This document shows positions 18,239 to 27,169 of a DNA stretch of 64,000 nt, piece after piece. This DNA is from Chthoniobacter sp. GTDB taxonomy: Bacteria; Verrucomicrobiota; Verrucomicrobiia; Chthoniobacterales; Chthoniobacteraceae. The notes under the pieces are model-generated. The model did no database searches. It was not told the origin of the DNA and saw only the letters and a program-made list of their open reading frames with translations. The stretch is taken from the NCBI GenBank assembly GCA_043779205.1, contig JAYWEP010000105.1:7231-71230 (forward strand), in the 5' to 3' direction. Position numbers and translations under genes: made by a program. How positions within the stretch are numbered: the first letter of the stretch is position 1; the number at the start of each line of letters is the position of its first letter.

Positions 18239-18919
18239 TCAGTCCCGCCGCGCGAGGATGCGATGCTCCTGCGTCGTCTTCACGATGCTCTCCGCCGGCA
18301 CGATCCCGCGCCAGACGGTGCCGGGATAGAGGATGGAACGCCGTCCGATCAGCGAGCCGGGATTGATCACCGAGTTGCACCCGATCTCCGCGCGGTCGCC
18401 GATGATCGCGCCGAATTTTTTCAGCCCCGTGGGCACCAGCCCCTCCGGCGTGGGGATGGTGATCTCGCTATGGTCGAGCTTCACATTGGAAAGGATCACG
18501 CCCGCGCCGAGATGGCCGCGGTAGCCGATGATCGAGTCGCCCACGTAGTTGAAATGCGGCACCTGCGCCTCGTCGAAAATGATCGCGTTTTTGAACTCGC
18601 AGGAGTTGCCCAGCACGCAGCCCGAGCCCACGATCACATTCTCCCGGATATAGCAGCCGTTGCGGATTTCGCACCCCTCGCCGATCCACGCCGGCCCTTT
18701 GATCATCGCGCCCTGCTCGATGACCGTCCCTTTCCCCACGAAGACCGCGCCGCTGATGAAAGGCTTGCCCACGAGCCGCCCATTGATCGCGGGCTTCAGC
18801 CGGAACTGCAGGTAGCTGGTGATCTGCTTGAGCGCGTCCCACACATTCGCGGAGTTTTCAAAAAGCATCCGGTGCTCCGTGTGGTTGAGGTCGAGGTAAT
18901 CGGCGGGGGCGAAAGTCAT
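18239..18919 (-). CDS. Hexapeptide-repeat (left-handed beta-helix) acetyltransferase, GlmU C-terminal-like
   Basis: IEQGAMIKGPAWIGEGCEIRNGCYIRENVIVG...HFNYVGDSIIG...LKKFGAIIGD. Start taken at MTFAPADYLD. Confidence 0.85.
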   Translation of the reverse strand: MTFAPADYLDLNHTEHRMLFENSANVWDALKQITSYLQFRLKPAINGRLVGKPFISGAVFVGKGTVIEQGAMIKGPAWIGEGCEIRNGCYIRENVIVGSGCVLGNSCEFKNAIIFDEAQVPHFNYVGDSIIGYRGHLGAGVILSNVKLDHSEITIPTPEGLVPTGLKKFGAIIGDRAEIGCNSVINPGSLIGRRSILYPGTVWRGIVPAESIVKTTQEHRILARRD

Positions 18920-18987
18920 GGCGCGTGGTTGTAGCGGGCTCGCCGGCAAGTCACAAACTTTCTCGACGGCGCAAACGCGCCGGCGGC

Positions 18988-20403
18988 TCAGCGCGGCGTG
19001 AGCTTGGGACCGTCCTTGGTGTCCTTCACGATCCAGCCGAGCGCGGCGATTTCGTCGCGGAGCCGGTCGCTCTCCGCCCACTGCTTTTCGGCGCGCGCGC
19101 GCTGACGCTGCTCCACGAGCGCGCCGACGGCGGCAGGGATGGCGGCGCTTTCCCGCTGAAAGGCGAGGACGGAATCGAGGTGCCGCCAGTCGGCGAGCAA
19201 GGCGGACGCTTGTTCCGCGGTGAGCGCACGGCGGTCGAGGGCGGCGTTGCTTTCGCGGATGAGGTCGAAGAGGTGGCTGAGCGCGGCGGAGATGTTCAGG
19301 TCTTCGTCGAGCGCGGCGAAAAACTTCTCCACATGCCCGGCGAGCGGTGCCGGCGCGGCGGCGGCATCCAAATCTGAAATCTGAAATCTGAAATCTGAAA
19401 TCCTCTTCACCCATTCGTCGATGCGGCCCAGCGCGGCGCGGGCGGCGTCGAGACCGGCGAGGGTGAAGTTCAGCGGCAGGCGATAGTTGACGGTGAGCAG
19501 GGCGTAGCGGATTTCGCGGCCGGTGAAGCCTTTCTCGAGCAGGTCGCGCAATGTATAAAAATTGCCGAGCGACTTGGACATCTTCTGCCCATCGACCATG
19601 AGGTGCGCGCAGTGCATCCAGGTGCGGACAAACTTTTTTCCCGTGCAGCTTTCGCTCTGCGCGATCTCGGCTTCGTGATGCGGAAAAATGTTGTCCACGC
19701 CGCCGCAGTGGATGTCGATTTCCGGGCCGAGGATCGCGGTCGCCATCGCGCTGCACTCGATATGCCAGCCGGGCCGACCCGGCCCCCACGGCGAATCCCA
19801 GCGCACCTCGCCATCGGCTTCGTCCCACGCTTTCCAGAGCGCGAAGTCGCCGATGTTTTCCTTCTCGTACTCGTCGCTGTTCACGCGTCCGCTCGGGCGC
19901 AGCTCGTCGAGATTGAGATGCGCGAGCGCGCCGTAGGCGGGGAATTTCGCGAGGCGGAAATAGACGCTTTTGTCTTCGGCCTGATAGGCGATGCCCTGCT
20001 CCTCCAATTGCGCGATCATGGCGATCATCCGCGCGATGAAACGCGGCTCGGTGGCGGCGGGGAAATGGCCCGCACGCTTGATTCGCAGCGTCTCGAGGTC
20101 CTGGAAAAAGGCGTCCTTATAGACCTGCGTGAAGTCGGCCAGCCGGCGGCCCGCCGCGCGCGCGCCGCGGATGGTTTTGTCGTCCACGTCCGTGAGATTC
20201 ATCACGCGCTCGACCTCGTAGCCGCGCGCTTCGAGGTGCCGCTGGAGCAGGTCTTCGAAAACGTAGGCGCGGAAATTTCCGATGTGCGCGTGGTTGTACA
20301 CCGTCGGCCCGCAGGTGTACATCTTCACGCGCTTCCCCGCCGGATCGAGCGGGGTGAAATCCTCGAGCTGGCGCGAGTAGGTATTGTGCAGGCGGACGGG
20401 CAT
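18988..20403 (-). CDS. cysS: Cysteinyl-tRNA synthetase
   Basis: MYTCGPTVYNHAHIGN, GRPGWHIECSAM, DIHCGGVDNIFPHHEAEIAQ and KMSKS. Confidence 0.99.
   Translation of the reverse strand: MPVRLHNTYSRQLEDFTPLDPAGKRVKMYTCGPTVYNHAHIGNFRAYVFEDLLQRHLEARGYEVERVMNLTDVDDKTIRGARAAGRRLADFTQVYKDAFFQDLETLRIKRAGHFPAATEPRFIARMIAMIAQLEEQGIAYQAEDKSVYFRLAKFPAYGALAHLNLDELRPSGRVNSDEYEKENIGDFALWKAWDEADGEVRWDSPWGPGRPGWHIECSAMATAILGPEIDIHCGGVDNIFPHHEAEIAQSESCTGKKFVRTWMHCAHLMVDGQKMSKSLGNFYTLRDLLEKGFTGREIRYALLTVNYRLPLNFTLAGLDAARAALGRIDEWVKRISDFRFQISDLDAAAAPAPLAGHVEKFFAALDEDLNISAALSHLFDLIRESNAALDRRALTAEQASALLADWRHLDSVLAFQRESAAIPAAVGALVEQRQRARAEKQWAESDRLRDEIAALGWIVKDTKDGPKLTPR
19370..19402. repeat. Heptamer tandem repeat (AAATCTG)x4.7 inside cysS
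   Basis: aaatctg-aaatctg-aaatctg-aaatctg-aaatc; encodes ISDFRFQISDL. Confidence 0.95.
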
Positions 20404-20413
20404 GGGATTTTGT

Positions 20414-20487
20414 CGTCCTCTTCCTCTTCCTCTTCCTCTTCCTCCTCCTGAATGGAGGAAGATTAGGCGGAAGAGGAAGAGGAAGAG
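20414..20487. repeat. Hexamer tandem-repeat palindrome, copy 2
   Basis: (CTCTTC)x4...GAGGAAGATTAGGCG(GAAGAG)x3 between the autotransporter stop and the cysS start. Confidence 0.9.
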
Positions 20488-20518
20488 CCGGAGGTTTTTT
20501 TAAGCTGATGCTCGAAAC

Positions 20519-23500
20519 CTAGAACGCCATCCGCATCCCGCCGGAGACGTTGTTCGAGCTGTAGTTCGCGCGGCCCACTTCGCCGTCGTAGTAGAGATAG
20601 GCGGAGGTGCGGTCGTTCCAGAGGACGGCCACGCCGAGGCCGAGGAGCGCGCTGTCGCGGCCGGTCTCCGCGCCGTGGACGGTGAGGCCGGTGCCGCCGC
20701 CATTGGCGAAGCGGGCGTCGATGGCGTCGGCGATGTCGGCAAACTCATGCTGCCACGCGGCGCGCGCCTCGGGCCGCACGACGACCCCGCTCGCGAGACG
20801 GAATTCGTAGGCCGCTTTCATCCCGATGGCCGTGCGCGTGGAATCGTTCCCCTGCGAACCGAAGCTGAGCGGGGCGAGCGAGCCGGTTTCCCGGAAGCTG
20901 CCGAGGCCGATGTGCGTGTACTGGAAGCTCGCCGTCGGGCCGATGCGCAGGGCGTCGCTCGTGAAGTCGAAGCCCGTGGCGATGAGCGCATTGACCTCGC
21001 CGCCCGTGGTGCTGCCGGTGGCCGTGCCCTGGAGCGCGCTGCGGCGGGTGTCGTAGCTGTTGTAGCCGCCCTGCACGGCGGCGTCCACGTAGAGGCCCTC
21101 GTCGAAATAGGTGGCATAGACGCCGAGCTTCGCGCCATCCACGGTCACGCGCCCGCCATTGGCGAGGTCCGCGCCGCTGCGGGCGTAGCCGGTATTGAGG
21201 CCGACGGTGATCTGCGGCGTCAGCCGGTAATCCAGGCCGAGGGTGAAGCCGCCGGTGGCGAGGGTGTAGCCTTTGGCGTTGGTCGTTTCGCTCACGCGGG
21301 AAAACTCGCCGACACCGGTGATGAAGGCGCCAAAGCGCGGGTCCGCCGGCGCGCTCGGGGCCGGGGTCTCCGGCGCGCGCAGTTCCTTGCCGCCCTGGCC
21401 GGTCGGGCCGTTCACCCCCGCGAGCGGCGGCATGGCGGGCAGGGCCGCGGCATGCTCCTGCTCGCCCGTGCCGGAGACGGACAGGCCCTCGGCGCTGAAG
21501 CCCGTGCGGCCCGAGCGGATGTCGTCCATGCGGCGCTGGAGGTTGGCGGTCTGCACATTGGCTTGGGAGAGCCCGATGGAATAGACGGACTGGAATTCCT
21601 CGGCGGCGATCAGGTCGAAGTCGTGCGGCAGGTTCGCAAGCGGTTCGTCATTGAGAAAGGCGATGAGCTTTTTCCCGGCATGCTCGGAAACCACATGGTC
21701 GATCTCGGTGGCGACGCTTTTTTGGTTCGGCGAGAGCTTCACCAGCGAGCCGAGCGCGGCAAAGGAACCCTGCCGGATTTGCAGCGAAACGTCATTGCTC
21801 CCATAGACGACATTCGCGCTCGCGATGGTGCCGGTGGCGAAGGGGTTCTGCACGGTCCGAAACTGCCCCGAAACGCCGGCCTGCGCGGTGAGGAAAGTGA
21901 CCTTGTCGCCGACTTTCAGCCGTGCGTTGCCCAGCTTGACGAGCCGCAGCGTGCCATCGAGCAAAGCCTGCCCGCCCACGGTCACGAGATCGTGCTCGCC
22001 GGCCCCGGCCCCGCCGATTTCGATGACCGTGGTGCCCGCGCCGGTCTGGAGAAAATTCCCGCCGATGTGAAAGGTGCCCGCCGAATTGCCGGGGCTGAAG
22101 ACACCCGCATTGATGACATTGTGCGCCGCCGTGCCCGTGCCCATGAGGGTGCCGGCGAAGTTCACGAAGACCGTGGGGCTTTGCACCGAGCCATTGAGGA
22201 CAAGGGTGCCGTTGTTGATGTTCGTATTGCCGGTGTAGGTGTTCGCGCCGCTGAGGGTGAGGGTGCCGGTGGTGTTTTTGGTGAGCGTGCCGCCTACACC
22301 CTTAGCCCCGTCGCCGATCACGCCGCTGAAATTGCCCGCACCCACAGTAAGGGAGCCGGAGCCTAGACCCACAGTGCCGTCGCCAAAGAGCCCTCCGATG
22401 GTATCGTTATTGCCACCGATATTGCCCTGAAGTTCCAGTGCGGCTATACGGTTGCCGAACGAGTCAGTGAGGCCAGTGCCATGAATGGTGACGTTAGAGG
22501 TGTTGGCGATCTGGTTCGATTCATTGTAAAGAATTGAACCGCCGACATTCACCAGCACGTCGCCCGCGATCGCACCATCAATGGAACCGCTGGGCAGCAA
22601 TTTTTGCATGGTGAGCAAAACCCCGCTATTGACCGTGGTGAGGCCGGTGTAGGTATTGGCGACATCGGTGCCATCGCCTCTGCCATACTGGAAGTTGGTG
22701 AAGAGTGTCGGAGCTGTGTTGGCGAGAGTGACGCCGCCATTGCTGACGGCACCGAAGAAGCCGATCAGTCCGAATGGCGTTGTGCCGGTGATGGTCCGGC
22801 TGCCGCCCTGCAAGTCAATATTGCCACTGAACAAGAGACGCTTGTTGTCGCGCAACGGGTTTATGGCATCCACCGGCGTGACGATCGTGAAATCGCCGGC
22901 GACCTGCACCGAATTTGGAATGACTTCATTGATCGAGGCGCCAGTGATTGGGTCGCGGGTATTGTTCACATGGCTGCCCAGCGTGGTGCCACCGGCGATG
23001 TGCAGCGTACCGAGTCCCAGCGCCTGACCGGCCCCATTGACAATCGGATTGTCCACAAACAGCGAGCCCGCATTCAGGAAGGTGTCGCCGGTGTAGGTGT
23101 TGGTGTTGGTAACAGTCAGGGTGCCAGTGCCGGATTTTGTCAGTCCGCCCGAGCCATTGCCGATGACACCCGAGAGGGTGGTATTGGCGGAGCCGGTCAC
23201 GGTCAGATCGCTGGCTCCGTTGCTGATGTTACCGCCGACGGTCAAAGGGTTGCTGGAGTTGTTAGTCCAAGTCTGGCTGGCACCGAGAATGAGATTGGGG
23301 TTGAGGGTGACAGCACCCGCGCCGGCATTGATCGTCAGACCGCCGGCACCGGCCAGGGTCAGCGTGCTCCCGCCGGTGTTATTGAGGGTGACCGCCCGCG
23401 TCTCCGGCGAGGTCCCCGCATTGATCGTGAGACTGGCGATGGACATGCTGGACCCGAGGGTCATGCTGCCAGGGTCGGTGGGCGTGGCCGGGGCACCGGC

Positions 23501-25783
23501 GGAGAAAAAGACCGCCGTGCCCGCGCCGGGGACGAGCGGCGTGGGCGTGCCGATGTTATCCGAGGCCCAGTTACTCGCGGTGCTGCCATTGGAGGCGGCC
23601 CAGACACTCGGACTGCCGCTCAACCCGCCCACCCAGAAGGCATTGGTCAGCGCCGTCGCCGCGACGATCGGCACGGTAATGGCCGTGGCCGTGGCCGTGG
23701 GCGCACCGACGGTGAAGTTCGTCGCGTTATAGACGGTGCCGAGGGAGTAAACCGTGCCGACGTTCAAGGTGCTGCCCGCGCCGCCGGTGAGCAGCGTGTA
23801 GATGCCCGCCGCCCCCGTGGCCACGCCATTGACGGCAAAGACATTAACCTTAATCGCCCCCGGCGTCGGCGTGACATTGCCGGTGACGCTGATCTTCGCC
23901 CCGGTCGGCGTCGAGCCGATGGAGCCGCCGATGGTCGTGCCCGCGCCGCTGTTCAAAACCAGCGAGCCAACGGCCAGCGAGGTGTTCGCCACGGCATGAT
24001 ATTCAAACCCAGCGCCCGTCGAGACCGTCACGGCGGCAGCCGCCGGGATGGCTCCGCTTTTACCCGCGATGAAGTCGCCGCCGGTGACGTTAATGATCAA
24101 GCTCGCGATGCTGCCCGAGACATCGAGGATACCGCCGGTGACGGTGGTCTTGCCCGTGTAGGTATTGGCCCCGCCGAGGGTGAGGGTGCCGGCGGTGTTT
24201 TTCATGAGCTGGCCGCCGAGTGCGGCGCCGATGGTGCCTTGCTCGATGACGCCGGTGAAATTGCCCCTGCCAACCGTCAGCACCGCACTGCCGAGACCCA
24301 CTGTGCCGTTGCCAAAAAGCGCGCCGATGGTGTCGTCATTGTCCCGCATTTCAAACCCCGCAAAGGTGGATCCCGGGATGGTCAGACCGGCGCTGTTCAC
24401 GGTGACGGTGGCCGAGTCGGCGATTTGGTCGGGCAGGAAGTAATCGACCGACCCGTTGGGATTGACCAGCACGTCGCCTTTCACCGCGGCGTCCAGGCCC
24501 GCGCCGGCGTGTTTGTTCAGTACGAGAAAGGTGTTGGCGTTGAGCGTGGTCAGGCCGGTGTAGGCATTGGCCACGTCGTCCGCGAGACTGTTATTGCCGT
24601 AAATGAATGACGAGAAGCCGCCCGCGCCGGTGTGGGTCAGAGTCACTCCGCCATTGCTGATGCTGCCCAGGAGTTTGAGCTGCCCATCGGGGGTGGAGCC
24701 GGAGATTTCCCGCACCCCGCCGTCGAGGTCGATGGCACCCGTAAGGATGAGGTTGTTCGTCGCCGGCTGGCCCGCTGCGAGCGTGAAGTTGCCGAGGACT
24801 TTGATCTTATTGGGGATGACCTCGCCATTGAGCATGCTGCCGAGGGTGGTGCCGCCGGAGATGACCAGCTTGCCGGTGCCAAAGGCCGCATTGGTCGGGT
24901 CGGCGGGATCCACATCGGAGAAAAGCGCGCCGGCCTGCAGGAGGGTGTCGCCCGTGTAGGTGTTGGCCCCGCTAAAGGTCTGCCGCGCCGTCCCCACTTT
25001 GGTGATCCCCAGCGCGCTCACCCCGCCGGGGCCGTCGCGAATCACGCCTTGAAAAGTCGCATCCTGATTGTTGCCACCCAGGGTCAGGACCGCCGCCGCG
25101 GCCCCGTTGTTTTCCACCACCCCGCCGGAGAGTCCCACAATGGCGCCGATGGAGTTTGAGAAACCGCCGAGATTGAGCGTCCCGCTCACGAAGTAAATGG
25201 ACATGGGCGCGAACGCCGTCGTCGCGCCCGCTTTGAGCGTCCCCGCCGTGACCGAGGTCTGCCCGGTGTAGGTGTTCGCACCGCTGAGCAAAAGGGTGCC
25301 CGCGCCCTGTTTGTCAAAGCCCGTGGTCGTCACGATGGGCGCGCTGATCGTCGCGGTGTCCGCGAGGTTCACCACGTCGATGATCGCGTCCGGCTGCAGG
25401 TTCAGCGGCGCCGCCAGACTCCCGGCGATGGTGTCGCCGCCGATATTGAAAGTCAGATTGCGCGCCTTGACGCCGGCCACCGTGATGGTCAGCACGCCCG
25501 GCGTGCCTTGAAAGATGGCATCGCTCGCCGCCAGGTTGTCCCACTTCATCGGCAGGGCGGTCCCCGTCGCGTCATTCCAGTCCAGCGTCGTCAAATCCCA
25601 GTTCCCCGTCCCGCCGAAACCCGCCGCCGCGCCGTTCGCATCCCAGTACTGCGTCCCCGCCTCCGCGCCCGCCGCCCAGCCGAGAAACGCGGCGATGGCC
25701 CCCGCCAGAATGCGCCGCCGGAGCGGACGCGCCGCGGCGGGTGCAGTGAGGGTGGCGGGTGAGGTCGGGGCGTTCTTTTTCAT
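20519..25783 (-). CDS. Autotransporter with passenger-associated beta-strand (PATR) repeats
   Basis: Repeated KxGxGTLxLSGANTYTGxTxxxxGTL motifs and a C-terminal beta-barrel ending in GGMRMAF. Start taken at MKKNAPT. Confidence 0.95.
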   Translation of the reverse strand: MKKNAPTSPATLTAPAAARPLRRRILAGAIAAFLGWAAGAEAGTQYWDANGAAAGFGGTGNWDLTTLDWNDATGTALPMKWDNLAASDAIFQGTPGVLTITVAGVKARNLTFNIGGDTIAGSLAAPLNLQPDAIIDVVNLADTATISAPIVTTTGFDKQGAGTLLLSGANTYTGQTSVTAGTLKAGATTAFAPMSIYFVSGTLNLGGFSNSIGAIVGLSGGVVENNGAAAAVLTLGGNNQDATFQGVIRDGPGGVSALGITKVGTARQTFSGANTYTGDTLLQAGALFSDVDPADPTNAAFGTGKLVISGGTTLGSMLNGEVIPNKIKVLGNFTLAAGQPATNNLILTGAIDLDGGVREISGSTPDGQLKLLGSISNGGVTLTHTGAGGFSSFIYGNNSLADDVANAYTGLTTLNANTFLVLNKHAGAGLDAAVKGDVLVNPNGSVDYFLPDQIADSATVTVNSAGLTIPGSTFAGFEMRDNDDTIGALFGNGTVGLGSAVLTVGRGNFTGVIEQGTIGAALGGQLMKNTAGTLTLGGANTYTGKTTVTGGILDVSGSIASLIINVTGGDFIAGKSGAIPAAAAVTVSTGAGFEYHAVANTSLAVGSLVLNSGAGTTIGGSIGSTPTGAKISVTGNVTPTPGAIKVNVFAVNGVATGAAGIYTLLTGGAGSTLNVGTVYSLGTVYNATNFTVGAPTATATAITVPIVAATALTNAFWVGGLSGSPSVWAASNGSTASNWASDNIGTPTPLVPGAGTAVFFSAGAPATPTDPGSMTLGSSMSIASLTINAGTSPETRAVTLNNTGGSTLTLAGAGGLTINAGAGAVTLNPNLILGASQTWTNNSSNPLTVGGNISNGASDLTVTGSANTTLSGVIGNGSGGLTKSGTGTLTVTNTNTYTGDTFLNAGSLFVDNPIVNGAGQALGLGTLHIAGGTTLGSHVNNTRDPITGASINEVIPNSVQVAGDFTIVTPVDAINPLRDNKRLLFSGNIDLQGGSRTITGTTPFGLIGFFGAVSNGGVTLANTAPTLFTNFQYGRGDGTDVANTYTGLTTVNSGVLLTMQKLLPSGSIDGAIAGDVLVNVGGSILYNESNQIANTSNVTIHGTGLTDSFGNRIAALELQGNIGGNNDTIGGLFGDGTVGLGSGSLTVGAGNFSGVIGDGAKGVGGTLTKNTTGTLTLSGANTYTGNTNINNGTLVLNGSVQSPTVFVNFAGTLMGTGTAAHNVINAGVFSPGNSAGTFHIGGNFLQTGAGTTVIEIGGAGAGEHDLVTVGGQALLDGTLRLVKLGNARLKVGDKVTFLTAQAGVSGQFRTVQNPFATGTIASANVVYGSNDVSLQIRQGSFAALGSLVKLSPNQKSVATEIDHVVSEHAGKKLIAFLNDEPLANLPHDFDLIAAEEFQSVYSIGLSQANVQTANLQRRMDDIRSGRTGFSAEGLSVSGTGEQEHAAALPAMPPLAGVNGPTGQGGKELRAPETPAPSAPADPRFGAFITGVGEFSRVSETTNAKGYTLATGGFTLGLDYRLTPQITVGLNTGYARSGADLANGGRVTVDGAKLGVYATYFDEGLYVDAAVQGGYNSYDTRRSALQGTATGSTTGGEVNALIATGFDFTSDALRIGPTASFQYTHIGLGSFRETGSLAPLSFGSQGNDSTRTAIGMKAAYEFRLASGVVVRPEARAAWQHEFADIADAIDARFANGGGTGLTVHGAETGRDSALLGLGVAVLWNDRTSAYLYYDGEVGRANYSSNNVSGGMRMAF

Positions 25784-26024
25784 GGTCGGATATTGGGGTG
25801 GAAAAAATCGGGATGCGCGCTTTTGAAAAGCCCTGCCCGCGGGCCGCAGACCCTCGCTTTTATCGCATGAGGCAAACGTCACCAAGCCCGGGATTGGGGT
25901 GTTGTCCGCAGTCTGATGGGGGACGCGATAGACGCTCGGTTTTCAAAGCCCGCGTATGTGCCGCCAGCCGTCGGGACTGTCAAAGAAAACTTTCCCGGCG
26001 CAGCCCTCCGTCCGCGGCTTCCCC

Positions 26025-26053
26025 GTCATTTGTTCATTCGTCATTCGTCATTT
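26025..26053. repeat. Heptamer tandem repeat (GTCATTC-type), single arm
   Basis: gtcattt-gttcattc-gtcattc-gtcattt just past the ppk2 stop; same unit as 49271-49373. Confidence 0.8.
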
Positions 26054-26059
26054 CCCCGC

Positions 26060-26950
26060 TCACCCCTCCGCCTCCAGCGCCCTCCGCGCCACCTCCAGCT
26101 CCGCGCGCTGCGCTTTGTCCACCTTCGGAAAAGCCACGTCGAGCGACTCCAGCGTCTCGATGACCGCCGCCATCACCGCCATCCGCGTGAACCATTTATT
26201 GTCCGCCGGGATGACGTGCCACGGCGCGTCGTCCGTCGCCGTGTGCGCGATCGTCTCCTCGTACGCCGCCTGATACTCGTCCCAGTGCGCCCGCTCCTTC
26301 AGGTCGCCCGCGGAGAATTTCCAGTTCTTCGCCGGCTCCTCCAGCCGCGCGAGAAAACGCCGCTTCTGCTCGGCCTTCGAGAGGTGCAGAAAAAATTTCC
26401 GCACCACCGTCCCATTGCGCGCGAGGTGCCGCTCATACGCCACGATGTCCTCGAACCGCTCCCGCCAGATGTGCTTCGAGACAAGCTTTGCGGGCAGCCG
26501 CTGCGTTTGCAAAATCTCCGGATGCACCCGCACCACCAGCGTCTCCTCGTAATAGCTGCGGTTGAAAATCCCGATCCGCCCGCGCTCCGGCAGCGCGCCG
26601 GCCGAGCGCCACAGGAAATCGTGATCCAGCTCCGTGGCCGACGGCGCTTTGAAACTCGTGACGTGGCAGCCCTGCGGATTCACCCCCGACATCACATGCT
26701 TGATCGTGCCGTCCTTCCCCGCCGCATCCATCGCCTGAAAAATCAGCAGCACCGCCCGCTGATCCTGCGCGTAGAGCTTCTCCTGCAAAGCCGTAAGCTG
26801 CGCCACGCCCCGTGCCAGCAGCGCCGCCGCGCCGTCCTTGCCGTGAAATTTCCAGGTGTCCGCCGGGTCGTGATCCTTGAGGCGAAATTTCTTCCCATTC
26901 GTGATGCGATAGCGTGCGGCGAGATCGGCGAAGGTGATTTTTTTCGGCAT
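26060..26950 (-). CDS. ppk2: Polyphosphate kinase 2 family protein
   Basis: FQAMDAAGKDGTIKHV, GRIGIFNRSYYEE and KFFLHLSKAEQKRRFLARL. Confidence 0.95.
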   Translation of the reverse strand: MPKKITFADLAARYRITNGKKFRLKDHDPADTWKFHGKDGAAALLARGVAQLTALQEKLYAQDQRAVLLIFQAMDAAGKDGTIKHVMSGVNPQGCHVTSFKAPSATELDHDFLWRSAGALPERGRIGIFNRSYYEETLVVRVHPEILQTQRLPAKLVSKHIWRERFEDIVAYERHLARNGTVVRKFFLHLSKAEQKRRFLARLEEPAKNWKFSAGDLKERAHWDEYQAAYEETIAHTATDDAPWHVIPADNKWFTRMAVMAAVIETLESLDVAFPKVDKAQRAELEVARRALEAEG

Positions 26951-26966
26951 CCCGCGAAAGTAGCGC

Positions 26967-27010
26967 GGGCTTCAGCCCAAAGTCGATGCGGAGCGAGAGG
27001 ACTTTGGGCG
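26967..27010. repeat. REP-like palindrome (GGGCTTCAGCCC family), copy 2
   Basis: GGGCTTCAGCCCAAAGTC...GACTTTGGGC. Confidence 0.75.
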
Positions 27011-27038
27011 GCAGACTTGTCCAAAACTCGCGGAGAGT

Positions 27039-27129
27039 TTTTTTGACCACGGATTTCACGGATTTCACGGATTACAGAAAATCTGAATCCGTGTAATCCG
27101 TGAAATCCGTGAAATCCGTGGTTAAAAAA
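27039..27129. repeat. Nonamer tandem-repeat palindrome (CACGGATTT)n...(AAATCCGTG)n, copy 1
   Basis: About 37-bp near-perfect inverted arms: TTTTTTGACCACGGATTTCACGGATTTCACGGATTACA / TGTAATCCGTGAAATCCGTGAAATCCGTGGTTAAAAAA. Confidence 0.95.
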
Positions 27130-27169
27130 CTGGCGACCGTGAGTTTCGACACGCCCTTTTAAGCCCGGT

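Noticed and set aside
18919-19828. 529-aa ORF call extending the hexapeptide protein upstream through cysS
   Set aside because: The extension overlaps cysS in another frame and reads as nonsense; homology begins at MTFAP (18919).
25790-25960. GGCAAAC...GGGGACGC motif resembling a c-di-GMP-I riboswitch upstream of the autotransporter
   Set aside because: It lies on the plus strand, antisense to both neighbouring genes, and lacks the GAAA tetraloop and receptor spacing. An Rfam scan would settle it.
27039-27129. Short repeat arrays considered as CRISPR (also 30202-30709 and 37138-37284)
   Set aside because: No 23-47-nt repeats separated by unique, equal-length spacers, and no cas genes.
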